From: the human T2T-CHM13v2.0 reference genome, Homo sapiens
Assembly (NCBI RefSeq): GCF_009914755.1
Contig: NC_060926.1
DNA length: 64,000 nucleotides
Strand: one strand, 5' to 3'
Shown piece after piece: positions 30,241 to 47,010 of this stretch (its first letter is position 1; each line of letters begins with the position of its first letter). The position numbers were made by a program, and so were the translations under genes. The notes under the pieces are model-generated. The model had not been told where the DNA came from, ran no database searches, and saw nothing but the letters and a program-made list of their open reading frames with translations.

Positions 30241-31838
30241 TGGTCTACTTAGTGTTAAAAGTGAGGGAAGTGATCACAACCATTTGAAAAATCCAATTTA
30301 TTATTTTTACTGCAATCATAATGTATATAGTGTGGAGGCTTCCTTCCTACATGACTTATTAGCAGTTATTATGATTATCATGATTTTCCCTAGGAAAAAT
30401 AGAAATATAAATAAGATGCCATATATGATTGGATAAGAGTAATCGAAGATAACGGTCTTAGAACAGGAGGTTTTCAGATCCAAATAATAGTTAAAATTAT
30501 AATGGTATTTCAAGACTTGCCTGCTCTCTACCAAACTTGGATAATATCTCTTTTGGCTTTACCTTAAATTCCTATTTTTTACTTGCTCCATATCCACTGA
30601 GGGAACTGTGGTAGAGAACTCCCTAGCCTCATTTTGATATATTTTTCTTATTCATTTTATTATCCATAAACACTTCAATTTTCGTCCCTTATTCTACTGG
30701 AGAAAAATCATGCTTTTCACTTTTCTTTTTTGGAAAATAAATTAACCAAAATGTAATATGATATTTAAGTGAAGAGTGCCACTGACATTAAATGGTCCAC
30801 GTGGCGTTACATTATGTTTTCCACTTTATTCTGTGCATCTTTCTAATACAGGCTAAAACTGGTGTTCATGTAAATTGCTCTGGTTTTATCAAACAGGATG
30901 CTGCATTCTTTTTGAAACCCAGGGCTCTGGTGCAGTAATAGAAAAAAAGGCAGCAACAAAATAATGGGCACTGGCAATCAAACTATCATTATAGGTACAT
31001 TATGTGCAGGGTGCTAAATTGGTAGAAGGCCTTTATTTTTAATTTCAGCTCATCTGTTCACCATTAGACACCAGAGGAGATTTAAGAGTGATGGAGGGTA
31101 ATTATACACTTTAAGAAAAGATATTTTTCATCATAGGGTTAGAACTGCACCAAGAGAAAATCCCACTGAAAATGTTATACAGGGCCTCTATGTATATTCT
31201 TGTTTGGACATGTACATAATTTTCATTTTATATTCTAGTTTTAGTTTCACAAGCCTGCAATTCCTGTTAGATCTTTATCGTTTGTCTGGATATCGCTTCA
31301 AAGTTTTTTAAAAAACATTATTTTAATAAATAAGTGTTCATTTTGCATTGTGTACTTAAAAATAATTCATTATGCACTTAAGGAATTTTTAGTTTTCCAG
31401 TTATGGGTAGTGTCATTTGGGATGAAACAGTGAATATTTTAAACATAGTCAGAGACTTTGGTTAAACTCTTGAATAATTAAGGGAACAAAGTTGTAGGAC
31501 CTATATAATTTTTAAAGTTTTATTTATACATAATTGACAATACAATAACTACATATATTTAAACTGTATACTTTTATAAGTTTAGATATACATATATGAT
31601 ATGATATCTATTTTTATGTCTATACCAACACAAACACAGACTAGTAAAACCATCGTCACAATCAAGATCGTGAACATAACCATAACCCCGCAAAGTTTTA
31701 TCATGCCTATTAATTTATAATCTCTCTCTCACACCCCTCCCTAACCTCTGCCCCAAGCAACAATTGATCAGCTGTCACTATAATTAGTGTGAATTTTCTG
31801 CAGTTTTACTTAAATGGAATCATACAGTATATTCTCTT

Positions 31839-34524
<2,686 letters not shown>

Positions 34525-34679
34525 TCATTCAGCATTATTATTATGAGATCCATGTTATGTGTATCAATAGCCCATCCCTTTTTATTGCTAAGCATTATTC
34601 CATCATACGGGTATATCACAATTTGTATATCCATTCACCTGTTGATGGCCATTTGGATTGTTTCCAATTTTTGGCTATT

Positions 34680-35247
34680 TGTATTGGCTTGGTTCTCCAG
34701 AGTGACAGAATCAAGAGTATATATATATATATATATATATATGGATATATGAGAGGAGACTTATTAGGGGGGTTAGCTCACACTATTATGGAGGATGAGA
34801 AGTCCTGCAACATGCCATCTGCAAACAAGAGACCCTGGGGTGCTGGTAGCATGGCTCAGTCCAAGTAGAAAGGCCTTGAAACCAGGGAAGCCTATGGTGT
34901 TAACTCTCAATTCAATGCCAAAAGCCTGAGAACTTAGAGGGGCTGCTGGGGTAAGTCCTGGAGTCCAAAGGTTGGGAGTCTATAGTTTGTTTTCCAAGGA
35001 CAGGAGAGGAAGGGTGTCTCCCAGATTCAGCAGATAGATTGACATATTTGCTTTTTCTTTGTTTTTGTTCTCCCCAGACCCTGGTGGATTGGATAGTGCC
35101 CACCCATATTGAGGGTGGATTTTCCCCATCTAGTCCACTCAGACTCACATGCTAACCTCTGGAAACACTCTCACATACAGACCCCAAAATAATGCTTTAC
35201 CAGGTTTCTATGTATTTCTTAATCCAGTCAAGGCCACACCTAAATTT
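34680..35247 (-). mobile_element. MLT2B-like LTR (ERVL) containing (TA)n
   Basis: TGTATTGGCTTGGTTCTCCAGAG..GCTGGTAGCATGGCTCAGTCCAAG..TTAATCCAGTCAAG. Confidence 0.82.
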
Positions 35248-35536
35248 GTTATAGACATTTGTGTAAAAATCATTGTATGGACATATACTTTCTTTTTTGG
35301 GAGGGGAGGGGTAAGGAATAATGGAATGGAATATGGTGGATGGTTGTTTAAATTTTTAAGAAACTGGCAAACTTTTTCAAAGTGGTTTCAGCATCTTATA
35401 TTCCCACCAGTGATCTATAGAGATCAAGTTGCTCCTCATCTTCACCAGCACTTGATATGGTCAGTCTTTTTTATTTTAGACATTCTTATAGATATGTAGT
35501 GATAGCTCATTCTGATTTTAATTTGTAGTCCCCTAA

Positions 35537-35866
<330 letters not shown>

Positions 35867-36945
35867 TTGAGCATCTTTTTATATGCCTATTTGCCATTCA
35901 TATATTTTCTTCAGTGAAGTGGTTGTTTAATACTTTTACCCCTTTTTTCGAAAGGGTTATTTGTTTTCTTATTGTTGAGTTTTGAGAGAGTTCTTCATTA
36001 TATATACTGGATATAACCCTTTTATCAGATGTATACTTTGTAAATACTTTCTCCCAGTCTGGGGTTTGTCTTTTTATTCTTTAACAGCATAATTCAGAGA
36101 GAAGTTTTTCATTCGATGAAGCATAATTTGTCTTTTTATTTCTTTTACAGCTTGCTTTTGGGTGTTGAAATTGCCTTAAGAAAATTTTGCCTAATTCAAA
36201 GTCATAAAAATTTTCTCTCATACTTTATCCTAGAAGTGTTAGAGTTTTGTGTTTTACTTTTAATTCTGAGGTCCATTTTGAGTTAATTTTTTAAATATAG
36301 TATGAAATGTGGATGGAAGTTTATTATTTTGCATATGGGTATTTGACTGTTCTAGCACCCTTTATTGAAAAACCTCCATTTTCTTCACTGAATTGCCTTT
36401 GCACTCGTGTGAAAAAAAATCAATTATCTATGTATGTATCTATTTCTGGGCTTTGTATTATGATGGCCAATTTATCATTATGCCAATACTGAGTCTTCTG
36501 GCCCATAAGCACAATTTATCTCTTTATTTATTTAGATTTTCTTTAATTTCTCTCAACAATGTTTAATAGTTTCAGCACACAGTTCTTTTGTATCTTTTGC
36601 CAAATTTTAAGTATTCCGTATTTTTATGTTATTGTAAATGGTATTGCCTTTTAAGTTTAATTTCTGATTGTTGTTAGCAGAAATGCAACTAATTTTTGTA
36701 TATTAATCTTATAACTAGAAATCTCAATGAACTCACTTATTCTGGCTCATCGTAGATTCCGTCAGATTTTCTACATGGATGATGACATTGTCTATGAATA
36801 AAAACAGTTCTATTTCTTCCTTCCTAATATGGTGTCTGTTATTTTTCTTGCCTGATTGAACTGAATAGAATATCCAGTATAACGTTGAATAGAATTGGTG
36901 GTAGAGGACATGGCTTAGCTTGTTCCTGATCTTAAGAAGGCTTTT

Positions 36946-37298
<353 letters not shown>

Positions 37299-37429
37299 TT
37301 ATCAGGTTAAGGACATCTCTTTCTATTTTTAGTTTTCTAAGCATTCTTCTCAGAAATGTATGTTGGATTTTGCCAAATCTTTTCCTGCATTTATTGAGAT
37401 GATTACATGGTTTTTCTATTTAGTCTGTT

Positions 37430-37605
37430 TGATTTATTTATTTATTTTGAGGGAGAGAGAGACAGAGTCTTGCTCTGTCACCCAGGCTAGTGTCCAATGG
37501 CATGATCACAGCTCCCTGTAACCTCAAACTCTTGGGCTTAAGTGATCCTCCTGTGTAAGTCTCCCAAGTAGCTAGGATGACAGGTGCATGCCACCACACC
37601 CTGCT
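37430..37605 (-). mobile_element. Alu right arm (AluJ/FRAM-like)
   Basis: GACAGAGTCTTGCTCTGTCACCCAGGCT..CCACCACACCCTGCTA. Confidence 0.82.
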
Positions 37606-37732
37606 ATGTTCGATCTTCTAATGTCAAAACATCCTTGCATTCCTAGGGTAAACCCTACATGGTCATGATGCATTACTCATTTTATATATTGTTGGATTTT
37701 ATTTGCTAAAATTGGCTTAAAATACAGTGTTA

Positions 37733-37809
37733 TTTTTTTTTTAAGTGAAAGCAACTTTACTAGAGAAATAAAGAAATGAAAGAATGGCTACTCTATAGGC
37801 AAAGCAGCC
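37733..37809 (-). mobile_element. Short polyadenylated ERV1 LTR fragment (MER41/LTR8-like)
   Basis: Minus strand GGCTGCTTTGCCTATAGAGTAGCCATTCTTT..CTAGTAAAGTTGCTTTCACTT then A10. Confidence 0.65.
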
Positions 37810-38069
37810 AACATGTAGTGTTACTTTAAATAATGGAATGTCATTTTGTTAAAAATACCAAATACAAAATACAATAACTGGAGTCTAATACAAAATTTAG
37901 ACTCCAGTTAACTTTTGAATAGTTCAGAACATAAAATCTTAGGATCATAGAATTTTTTGAAAAAAAATCTTTTAAAATAAAAACTGATGTTGACTTTTGG
38001 TAGCATTATATCTATACTATGCTAAGTAATTGTACATCTTATTTGTATTGCTTTAAATTATAGAATGTA

Positions 38070-38215
38070 TTTAGTATTGCCTCCCCAATTATACAGTTTT
38101 TAAAAGCAATAATCACATTTACCTATCTTCTGTGTTCTTCTGAGCACCTAGAACAGTCTGTGACTATCTGGGCACTCAATAAAATACTCACTAATTTAAA
38201 TGGATTGATTGAATA
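38070..38215 (+). mobile_element. L2 3' end
   Basis: AGCACCTAGAACAG..GGCACTCAATAAAATA..GATTGATTGAAT. Confidence 0.6.
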
Positions 38216-38914
38216 CCTTCTACTTCTTAGTGAACTTCAACATTGATAAGTTCAGAATTTTAGACTTTTGAGAGTGATGGGAAAAGAATAAAAAGCTAAA
38301 CTTTTCTACTTCCCAGTCTTTTGTTTCCAAGCACGAAAATAGCCAGAAGAGAAAGAGTGGGAGGGGTTCAAAGTCAGAGGTGGGTCTAAGTGAAGTGGGT
38401 TCTAGAAAGGCTGCCACTCTCTTCCCTCATATCGTAGGTTCAAGTCACCTGTGTAGGTAGTTCAATTGCATGTAGAGAACCCAGGTTTCACGTATGAACA
38501 TTAGGGTGGCATTTGCAGGATAATTTCACTGTTGTTATTGAATTCACATACAGGCTTGAGAAGTAACAGTCAAGAATTGGAATTGATACCACAGATCAGT
38601 TGCTATGATCCCTAAGATATCAGTTAAAAATAGTTAGCTCTCCCCCGATTCAGAGTCTCACAAAGAATAAAACAATACTGATTATCTTTCCAAATGATGG
38701 CAAAACCTCTGGTGTTACTCAATAAATGCTGTTATCTGGTGGCAGTGAGGAATTGCAAGTGATGGTGATTCATATACATCTGTTAATAGTCATCATAATT
38801 TTCTTATATTGATAAACAATTTTTTAAATGAGAAAATCAGAAAATATACTCTCAACTCTGCTACCTTAGAAATGATTTGATTATTCTTTTACCATTCAAA
38901 GGATCTGTCAGTTG

Positions 38915-39206
38915 CTTTTTTGGTGGGGTGGGGAATGGAGTCTTGCTCTGTCACCCAATACAGCACAATGGCACGATCTTGGCTCATTGCAAACTCCGGC
39001 TCCTGGATTCAAGTGATTGCCTCAGCCTCCCGAGTAGCTGGGATTACGGGCATGCATCACCAAGCCCGGCTAATTTTTGTATTTTTAATAGAGAGGGGGT
39101 TACACCATGTTGGCCAGGCTGGTCTTGAACTCCTGACCTCAAGTGATCTGCCTGCCTCGGCCTCCCAAAGTACTGGGATTACAGGCATGAGCCACCGTGC
39201 CCGGCC
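38915..39206 (-). mobile_element. AluS
   Basis: Full dimer; TSD TGTCAGTT. Confidence 0.92.
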
Positions 39207-39704
39207 TGTCAGTTCTTATAATGACTAAAAATTCACTGGAGCATAGAGAAGTTCTAATTAAGAAAATGTTAGTTAATATTTGATGCTTTATTGAAAAATT
39301 GCCTTATCCACTTTGCAATAAAGATATTTCCTTGCATTTGTATATTATTTCCTTAAAATATGTAATTATGAAATATCATACATAATAAATATATAACATA
39401 TATACATGATTAAAATAGTAATAAAACACCTGTGTATCACTATCAGTAATTTGAAATCCCCTATGTAGTCTTCCCAAATTATATTTCCCTCTTTCTCCCA
39501 ATCCTGCATTTTGTGTACAGAATTTTCTCAAAATTTATTGTATACTTATGTCCCTAAACATTATGTTATTTGGTTTGCATATTTTTTAACTTTTTATGAA
39601 TTAAATAATAATTATGTATTTGGTTTTTATCTCCACATGTTTGTGACATTCACCTTTGCTGATACATTCAGCTGTAGCTCATTCATTTTTCACTGCTGTA
39701 TGGT

Positions 39705-40019
39705 ACTGAAGATCCCTGACTTCAGATAGTTCAATGTAATGATTTTTTTGACTTTACAATGGTGCTATCTTTTACTTTAAGTACAGTATTTAATAAATTG
39801 CATGAGATATTCAACCTTTTATTATAAAATAGGTTTTACATTAGATGATTTTGCCCAATTATAGGCTAATGTAAGTGTTCTGAGCATGTTTAAGGTCGGA
39901 TAGGCTAAGTTAAGCTATGAAATTCAGTAGGTATATTCAATGCATTTTCATCTTAGGATATTTGAAACTTATAAGGGCGTTCTCAGGATGTAATCATATC
40001 ACAAGTCAAGGAGTACCTG
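39705..40019 (-). mobile_element. MER47-like Tigger DNA transposon inside an old L1M remnant
   Basis: GATGATTTTGCCCAA..GCTAATGTAAGTGTTCTGAGCATGTTTAAGG..AAGTCAAGGAGTACCTG. Confidence 0.78.
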
Positions 40020-40095
40020 TATTCCATTATTGAATATACCATGCTAGGCATTCTAGAAATAAACACGTTTGAAAATTTTTTGATTAATGTTTCTA

Positions 40096-40425
<330 letters not shown>

Positions 40426-40464
40426 AGAATGCCTCAAAAGAAACCCAATCATTTCCTTCTTGAG

Positions 40465-41018
<554 letters not shown>

Positions 41019-43645
41019 TAAGAGATTTGGAACAATCTCTGCAGATTTAAATGTCTATGGTAAGGTATTTTAAGAATTTTCATTTAACAAGGAGAAAAGC
41101 ATGGTTCCTAATACTTCTGGAGAAAAGATGACAAATTTTGTTTCTTTCTTGTACTGTCTGTGACATTAAAGATAACTTTAAATGGAACACAAAAGAAAAA
41201 GGAAAAAGGATAAGCTTTAAGAGCTCATATCACTAGGGTCCAGCCCTTAAACAGAAGAGATGAATATCTCTTATCTATATTGTAATCATAGACTTCACAT
41301 GGCAAGTCCATTAGGATATAAATTTATGATGTTCTTTAAAGAAAATTATTCATCATGAAGACCTCTAAGTGAATTGAAAGCTCAATGAGTAATCGGAGAT
41401 TAAATCATCATCTTTTTATGGAATGAATCCAATTTACAACTAAAAAACTACAGTCATCTCCACCTTTACCCTGGAAAAGAACAAATAGGGGGAGGGGGAG
41501 GAGGCAAACTTTCCTCTCTGAAGTACTTTAAGGATCTGGAGTCTAAATGAAAATCAACAACATATGTTCTGAATATAGGAAACATTCATGTAAGACAGGT
41601 ACAGGTAAAATGAATATTCTTTAGCTGTCCCACAAACTGGGAAATAAAATTTAGGATTTTAAAAGGTGACTCCTCTGTTCATTATTTGGTTACAATCTCA
41701 TTTCAAATGCAGAGATAAGCCTCAAAAGTAAAACTTCACCTTTCCTTTTCAAAATCTGTTATTCCTTGCTATTAAGGTAAGATAATAAAATTGTAGGACT
41801 GGAAACAATCTCATGCTGGACATGAATTAATATATTCTACTAGTGACTAAGAGACTGTGAATAACATGATCAGAAAGTGTGCCCGCCTCAACCCTGTTGC
41901 AGCTCCAGGCTTAGAACAATGCTTGGTGCATTCACACATAGATAGTATTCAGAGACTAACTGTGGAATAAATAAAGGAATAAACAAACTTCTATATTACC
42001 TTGAAATAACAATGGTCTCTATTTTAATCAGTCTATCAAAGTACATTTCAATGCTTGTAGGTTAATAATTCTCATTGCTGGTTGTCAGTTTTTGTACCTC
42101 ACTTATTTCCCAATGCTATATTCGAGATCAGTGGTTCTCAACATTTTCAAAAACAAACACCCCCTTTTAGTAGCAAACATTTCACACAAAAAAGATAACA
42201 TCGTTATCCTTTTTTGTATTTAGTGTTTGATACAATTATAACAATTTGAGGATCCCTCTAAGTAATTCCATGGGAGCCTACAAATTGGAAATCAAAGTTC
42301 TAGATTCTCTTCTTGTGCTCTTGTTTCAGATGGAAAGAGAAAACGATCGCTCTGTATGCTCTGTGTGGAAACCTTTAATGTGATCGCCAATCACTGCATC
42401 AGTCACTGTTAAGTATTTTTAAACCTTAGCAAAAAATAAATCCCTTTAATCTTGCTCCCAGCCTTTGTTTTTACAGTACTTTTATTTTTCATAGTCTTTT
42501 CTGAACCTTCTCCAACATTTCCACATTTTCAAGTTGCAGAAGCCACAAGTGGTCACAGAACTCTGGTAGCACTCATTTATTAAGTGTAACAGGGTGACAG
42601 CCTTCTTAAAGATACGCACTTTTAAATCTAGAAAACAGCAACTAAAAATCCAAATTAAAAAATAATTATTACTAAACAATGTTGGCCTATAATGTTTAAC
42701 GAAAAAGATATCACAATATAATCCATAAAGTTACTGTATTTCTTGGACCTTATCTCTCTCATTCTAGTGTTATTCTGCTGTATAATGGGATACACAGTTC
42801 ATGTCTCTAACCCATAAAAATGCAGGAATGAGTCCCATATGTACCTTTGCATATTCTTTATGATGTAGATTTTGATTAGCCTCTGGGCCACACAAGTTGA
42901 GTTAATGTGTCTTTCCAAACAATTCTGTTGTATTTCATTGCTCAGACTCCTGTTGGCAGGCTGATGAAATGAACAGTTTTGTTCTCCCTCTTCCCTCAAT
43001 CCAACTACGGTATCATAGAGTATGTTCCTAGAAGCTAAACTATCACTTCTTTGATCAGTCTTTTAAAGCATTAATAAAACACGAATCACATCATTTTTAT
43101 CAGCATAGGTGGGAATTATGAGATAACTAGAGATTTTCCAAAATCCTGACCAGGCTGCAAGTTGATGTGGTAATTTACCTAAGCCCTTAGGGCCACTGCA
43201 CTGTGAAAGAAGTCGGGAGTGTATGTTCTTGGGTTTTTATTCAACTTAAAGCTTGAGGGTCTCAGAGGACAGACATGTTAATGATGAGCTAGCAGCTTTC
43301 TCAATCTGATTTCCTTTATACCGACATTTTCTCTTACTCAATCTGAGTTTAATATAAAAGAAGAGCAACAAACGTGAACCACAAGATGCTTTCATTCCTG
43401 GATTTCCCTTTTAGCATCTGTGTAGTTTGGGACAAGTCACTACCTCCCTGGGTTTGTTTTCTCTCTCATATAGGAATAATGATGTCTCGTAAGTGTTAGC
43501 TTGAGGATCAAATGGGACAATGTTCAAGCATGGGCTGGGTAACAATAAAACAGAATTAAAACATAAGGTAGTATTGCAATTATAATCAGCAGCATCTCAT
43601 AATCTGATGATTTCTGTGTGACTTTATCTTCCAATGAGCCCATAA

Positions 43646-43878
43646 AGGGGTTGGCAAACTAAGTCAGTGGGCCACATCGAACCCATGGCCTGTTTTTGAA
43701 CTATCTTTGAGCTAAGAATGGTTTTTACATTTATAAAGTGTTGTAAAAACAAAAGCAAAAAAACAAGCAAAAGAATAAGAAGAAGAAGAAATCAGAGAAA
43801 CCGTATGTCAGCTGCAAAACCTAAATTAATTTACTATTGGCCCTCAGGCCCTTTAAAGAGAAAGTTTGCAGACTCCTA
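43646..43878 (+). mobile_element. MER58-family hAT-Charlie element
   Basis: AGGGGTTGGCAAACT..GAGCTAAGAATGGTTTTTACAT..AAAGTTTGCAGACTCCT. Confidence 0.78.
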
Positions 43879-44085
43879 AAACAACAGAAATAAGTCACAT
43901 GAGTTTGGACCAACAATATCCCTACAGACTCTGAGCATAACACCTTTCTGCTGCTGCCTCCATTTCTTCTCCTAGTTCGAAATCTCTCCCAATCCTACAC
44001 AGGTAGGCTATGGATGCAAAGAGTCCATCATTTTGCTACTGAAGGAGGAGGGGGGGGGGTGCATAAAGATTCTTTGATCACATAT

Positions 44086-44163
44086 GAAAGATTAAATCAA
44101 TTTCCAAGTCACATGATTTGGGAGGAAAGATTAAATCAATTTCCAAGTCACATGGTTTGGGAG
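44086..44163. repeat. 39-bp tandem duplication (2 copies, 1 mismatch)
   Basis: GAAAGATTAAATCAATTTCCAAGTCACATG(A/G)TTTGGGAG x2. Confidence 0.95.
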
Positions 44164-45184
44164 GCCAGCCAAATCCATGTGCTCAAATTGAGCTGTGGGC
44201 ACAAATTATTTTAGAAAAAAAACAAAGGATTCATATTTTATATTTTTGTTTCTCTCCTAATAATCCACTGCAAATAGAATTATCTCATCTCTCTTTTTCT
44301 CCTATCACCACAATTTCCAAAAACCCTTAATCCAAACTAATACTGGTGGCAAAGAGCCTCTGACGTAATTAAATTGAACCATGTGAATTCTGGATCAAGA
44401 TTAAGAAAAAATTAAAGCATTTATTGTGTTGAAATTTCTTATGCCAATTTTCTGCTAAAAAAGAGGATTCAAAAGGTCAAGGATTTTGCAGCACAGACTT
44501 AGTGGTATATTAGTTACAGTAATCCAGCCTGAAAATCCCAGCAGAAATAAATACAATGGAATGCCATGAATTACAAGAAACCACAACTTTAATCAGCTCA
44601 TGGGAAAAGAAAAACATGCCTTTGCCTATTGACAGTTGATAAACTGAATCCTGAAGCTATGGGGCTGAGGAGCACCAGGGGCTCACCATCACTGCTATTA
44701 TATTGAAGAAAATGTACTGGGCTTCCATTCCCCACCCCTGCTCACTGTGATATGAAGGCACACAGAACAGAATACTATCTGGATTCCTTTGGCAGATGCT
44801 CATTATATGCATTTAGTGGGTGTTCTCTGAGTCAGACAACACTCCAAAGCATAGGAATCAATATGGTTAGATGGTAAGTAACAGAATCATAGAAACTTTA
44901 TGAATTATTTTACTTTAATTTCAAATGCAACTTTATAAACCATGGCACAAGCTTGAAACAGTCTTAGCTTGTAAATCTTATTTATACTAATATATGGGAG
45001 AAACCTCAAAATTGAAAAGAATACTATGCCAGAGACATATAAATATTTGTTGAATATGTTTTACCATAACAGTTGTATAGAATTCATGAGCTTTTATTGA
45101 AACACAGTATCCAGATTTCATGTGAGTTTTGACCCATAAGAATAATGCCTGGACTTACAAATCCTTTTGCTTCTCAAGATTAAA

Positions 45185-47010
45185 TAGTCAACAATGCTAA
45201 AGTAATTTTGGAGGGGGGGTTACTTAATAAATTCATTATAAAATTTATATAGAGGACAAATACATGGAAATAGTCAAGGAAATTTTTGAAAAAAATTAAT
45301 GAGATAAAACTTCCCTTCCACATAATAAAATTTTCTCTAAAGCTGTGATAATTAATATGGTAAGGCACCAATATAGAAATAGGCAGATAGCTCAACGACA
45401 CAGAGCAGTTTAGAAACATACTACAGAATATGTGGGAATTTATGAAAAAAGTGGTATTTCAGATCATAAATTGTTTGGAGACAAATGGTAGAAAACTGTG
45501 AAAAAAAATTTTGGCCCTTACTCATGCAATACCTAAAAATAAATTTCAGAAAATCATTTGTTGTAAATATTTTAAATGTAAAAAATGAGAGCATGTAAGA
45601 TACTGGGTTGTTTGTTTTGTTGTTGTTGTTGTTGTTGTTGTTGTTTTTGAGACAGCTTCTCTGTTGCCCAGGCTGTACCCCGGCTGGAGTGCAGAGGGGC
45701 AATCATGCAGCCTCGAACTTCCAGGCTCAAGTGATCTTTCCACCTCAGCCTCCTGAATAGGTGGGACTACAGGTGTGCACCACAACTCCCTTCGTATTTT
45801 TTGTAGAAACAGGGTTTCATCATGTCGCCCAGGTTGGTCTCAAACTCCTGGGCTCAATGGATCTGCCCACCTCGGCCTCCCAAAGTGCTGGGATTACAGG
45901 CGTGAGCTGCCACACCAAGCCAGATACATTTTTTTGTAATTCTTCAGCGGTGTTACCAATGTCAAAAGATGTAAAGGGGATGATGAAAAGATTTGATAAC
46001 ATAAAATTTCTAAGCTGATTTATTATAAAGGTGCCATAAACAAAGCTGAAGGACAAACAACAAACAAGAAAAAAGCTGCAATACATTTGACAAGGAAATA
46101 TTTTCCTAGATATATAAAGGCCTATTACAGATCAACTATAAAAAAAAAAGATAAACACTATGACAGAAAAAAATAGACAAAAGCATGAACAGGTAAGTCA
46201 CAAATGAAGTACAAATGTCTAACAAATATATGAAAAGAATTCTCAGATTCATTGATAATTAGAGATAAATTGGTAACGAGATACAAAATTTTGCCTTTCT
46301 TGAAGGCAACCTGGCAATGTGTATTAAAGTTTAACTCATGAATTGTATTTCTAAAAACTGAACCTAAGGAAATTATTAGACAAATGCACAATAAAATATA
46401 TCCATGGAAATATTTACATGGTAATAACAAAAACTGAGACAAAATTAATTATCCATAAATAGAGAGTTGGTTACCTAAACTATTAAATAATGATTTAATA
46501 ATGATTTAAGATTAAATAATAATGATTTAAGAGACTCATAAAGAACATATACATAAAGTATATATAAATAGGAAATATCAAGAATTATATATTCACACTG
46601 GCTATTTATGTGATGCAATTTTTTTTAACTTTCTCCTTTGCAATCACCAGATTACTTGATTAAAACAGTGATGTACAAAAGTCATTTAACACCAAAATGA
46701 AATCTGTATATACTTTTGTGAAAATATACTAGTGATTTTTTTGAAGTGAAAAAAGCAAGTTTAAGAACAGTACATGTATTGTAGTCTCATTCAAGTAAAA
46801 GTATGGAAAAATATATAACAAAGGAAAGGAGAGAAAAGTCCAGAGGATATGTATACCAAGAGGTTTCCTCTGACTACCTTTGGGAATGGGGGGTTATAGA
46901 TACTTTCTACATAGAAACTTTCTCCTATTTGCCTATGAGTATTTTATTGCTTTTTTCCTTCTTTTTTTTTTTTAGTTTGAGGTCTATATTGTTCTTGTAA
47001 TAATAAAAAA
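45185..47010 (+). mobile_element. Old L1M (L1ME-like) fragments
   Basis: A-rich ORF2-like sequence (AAATTCATTATAAAATTTATAT, CATAAAATTTC, AAATATATGAAAAGAATTCTCA); boundaries approximate. Confidence 0.6.
45607..45921 (-). mobile_element. AluJ
   Basis: (GTT)n tail; CTCCTGGGCTCAA in the left arm. Confidence 0.88.

Noticed and set aside
41488-41505. G-rich runs as G-quadruplexes (also 44041-44059)
   Set aside because: Short and irregular; not distinguishable from background low-complexity sequence.
42300-42420. Acceptor-like TTGTTTCAG|ATGG as a possible exon (similar acceptor at ~56177)
   Set aside because: No convincing consensus donor nearby; isolated acceptors are common.
44086-44163. 39-bp direct repeat as a CRISPR-like array
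   Set aside because: Two adjacent copies with no spacer in a eukaryotic context; a simple tandem duplication.
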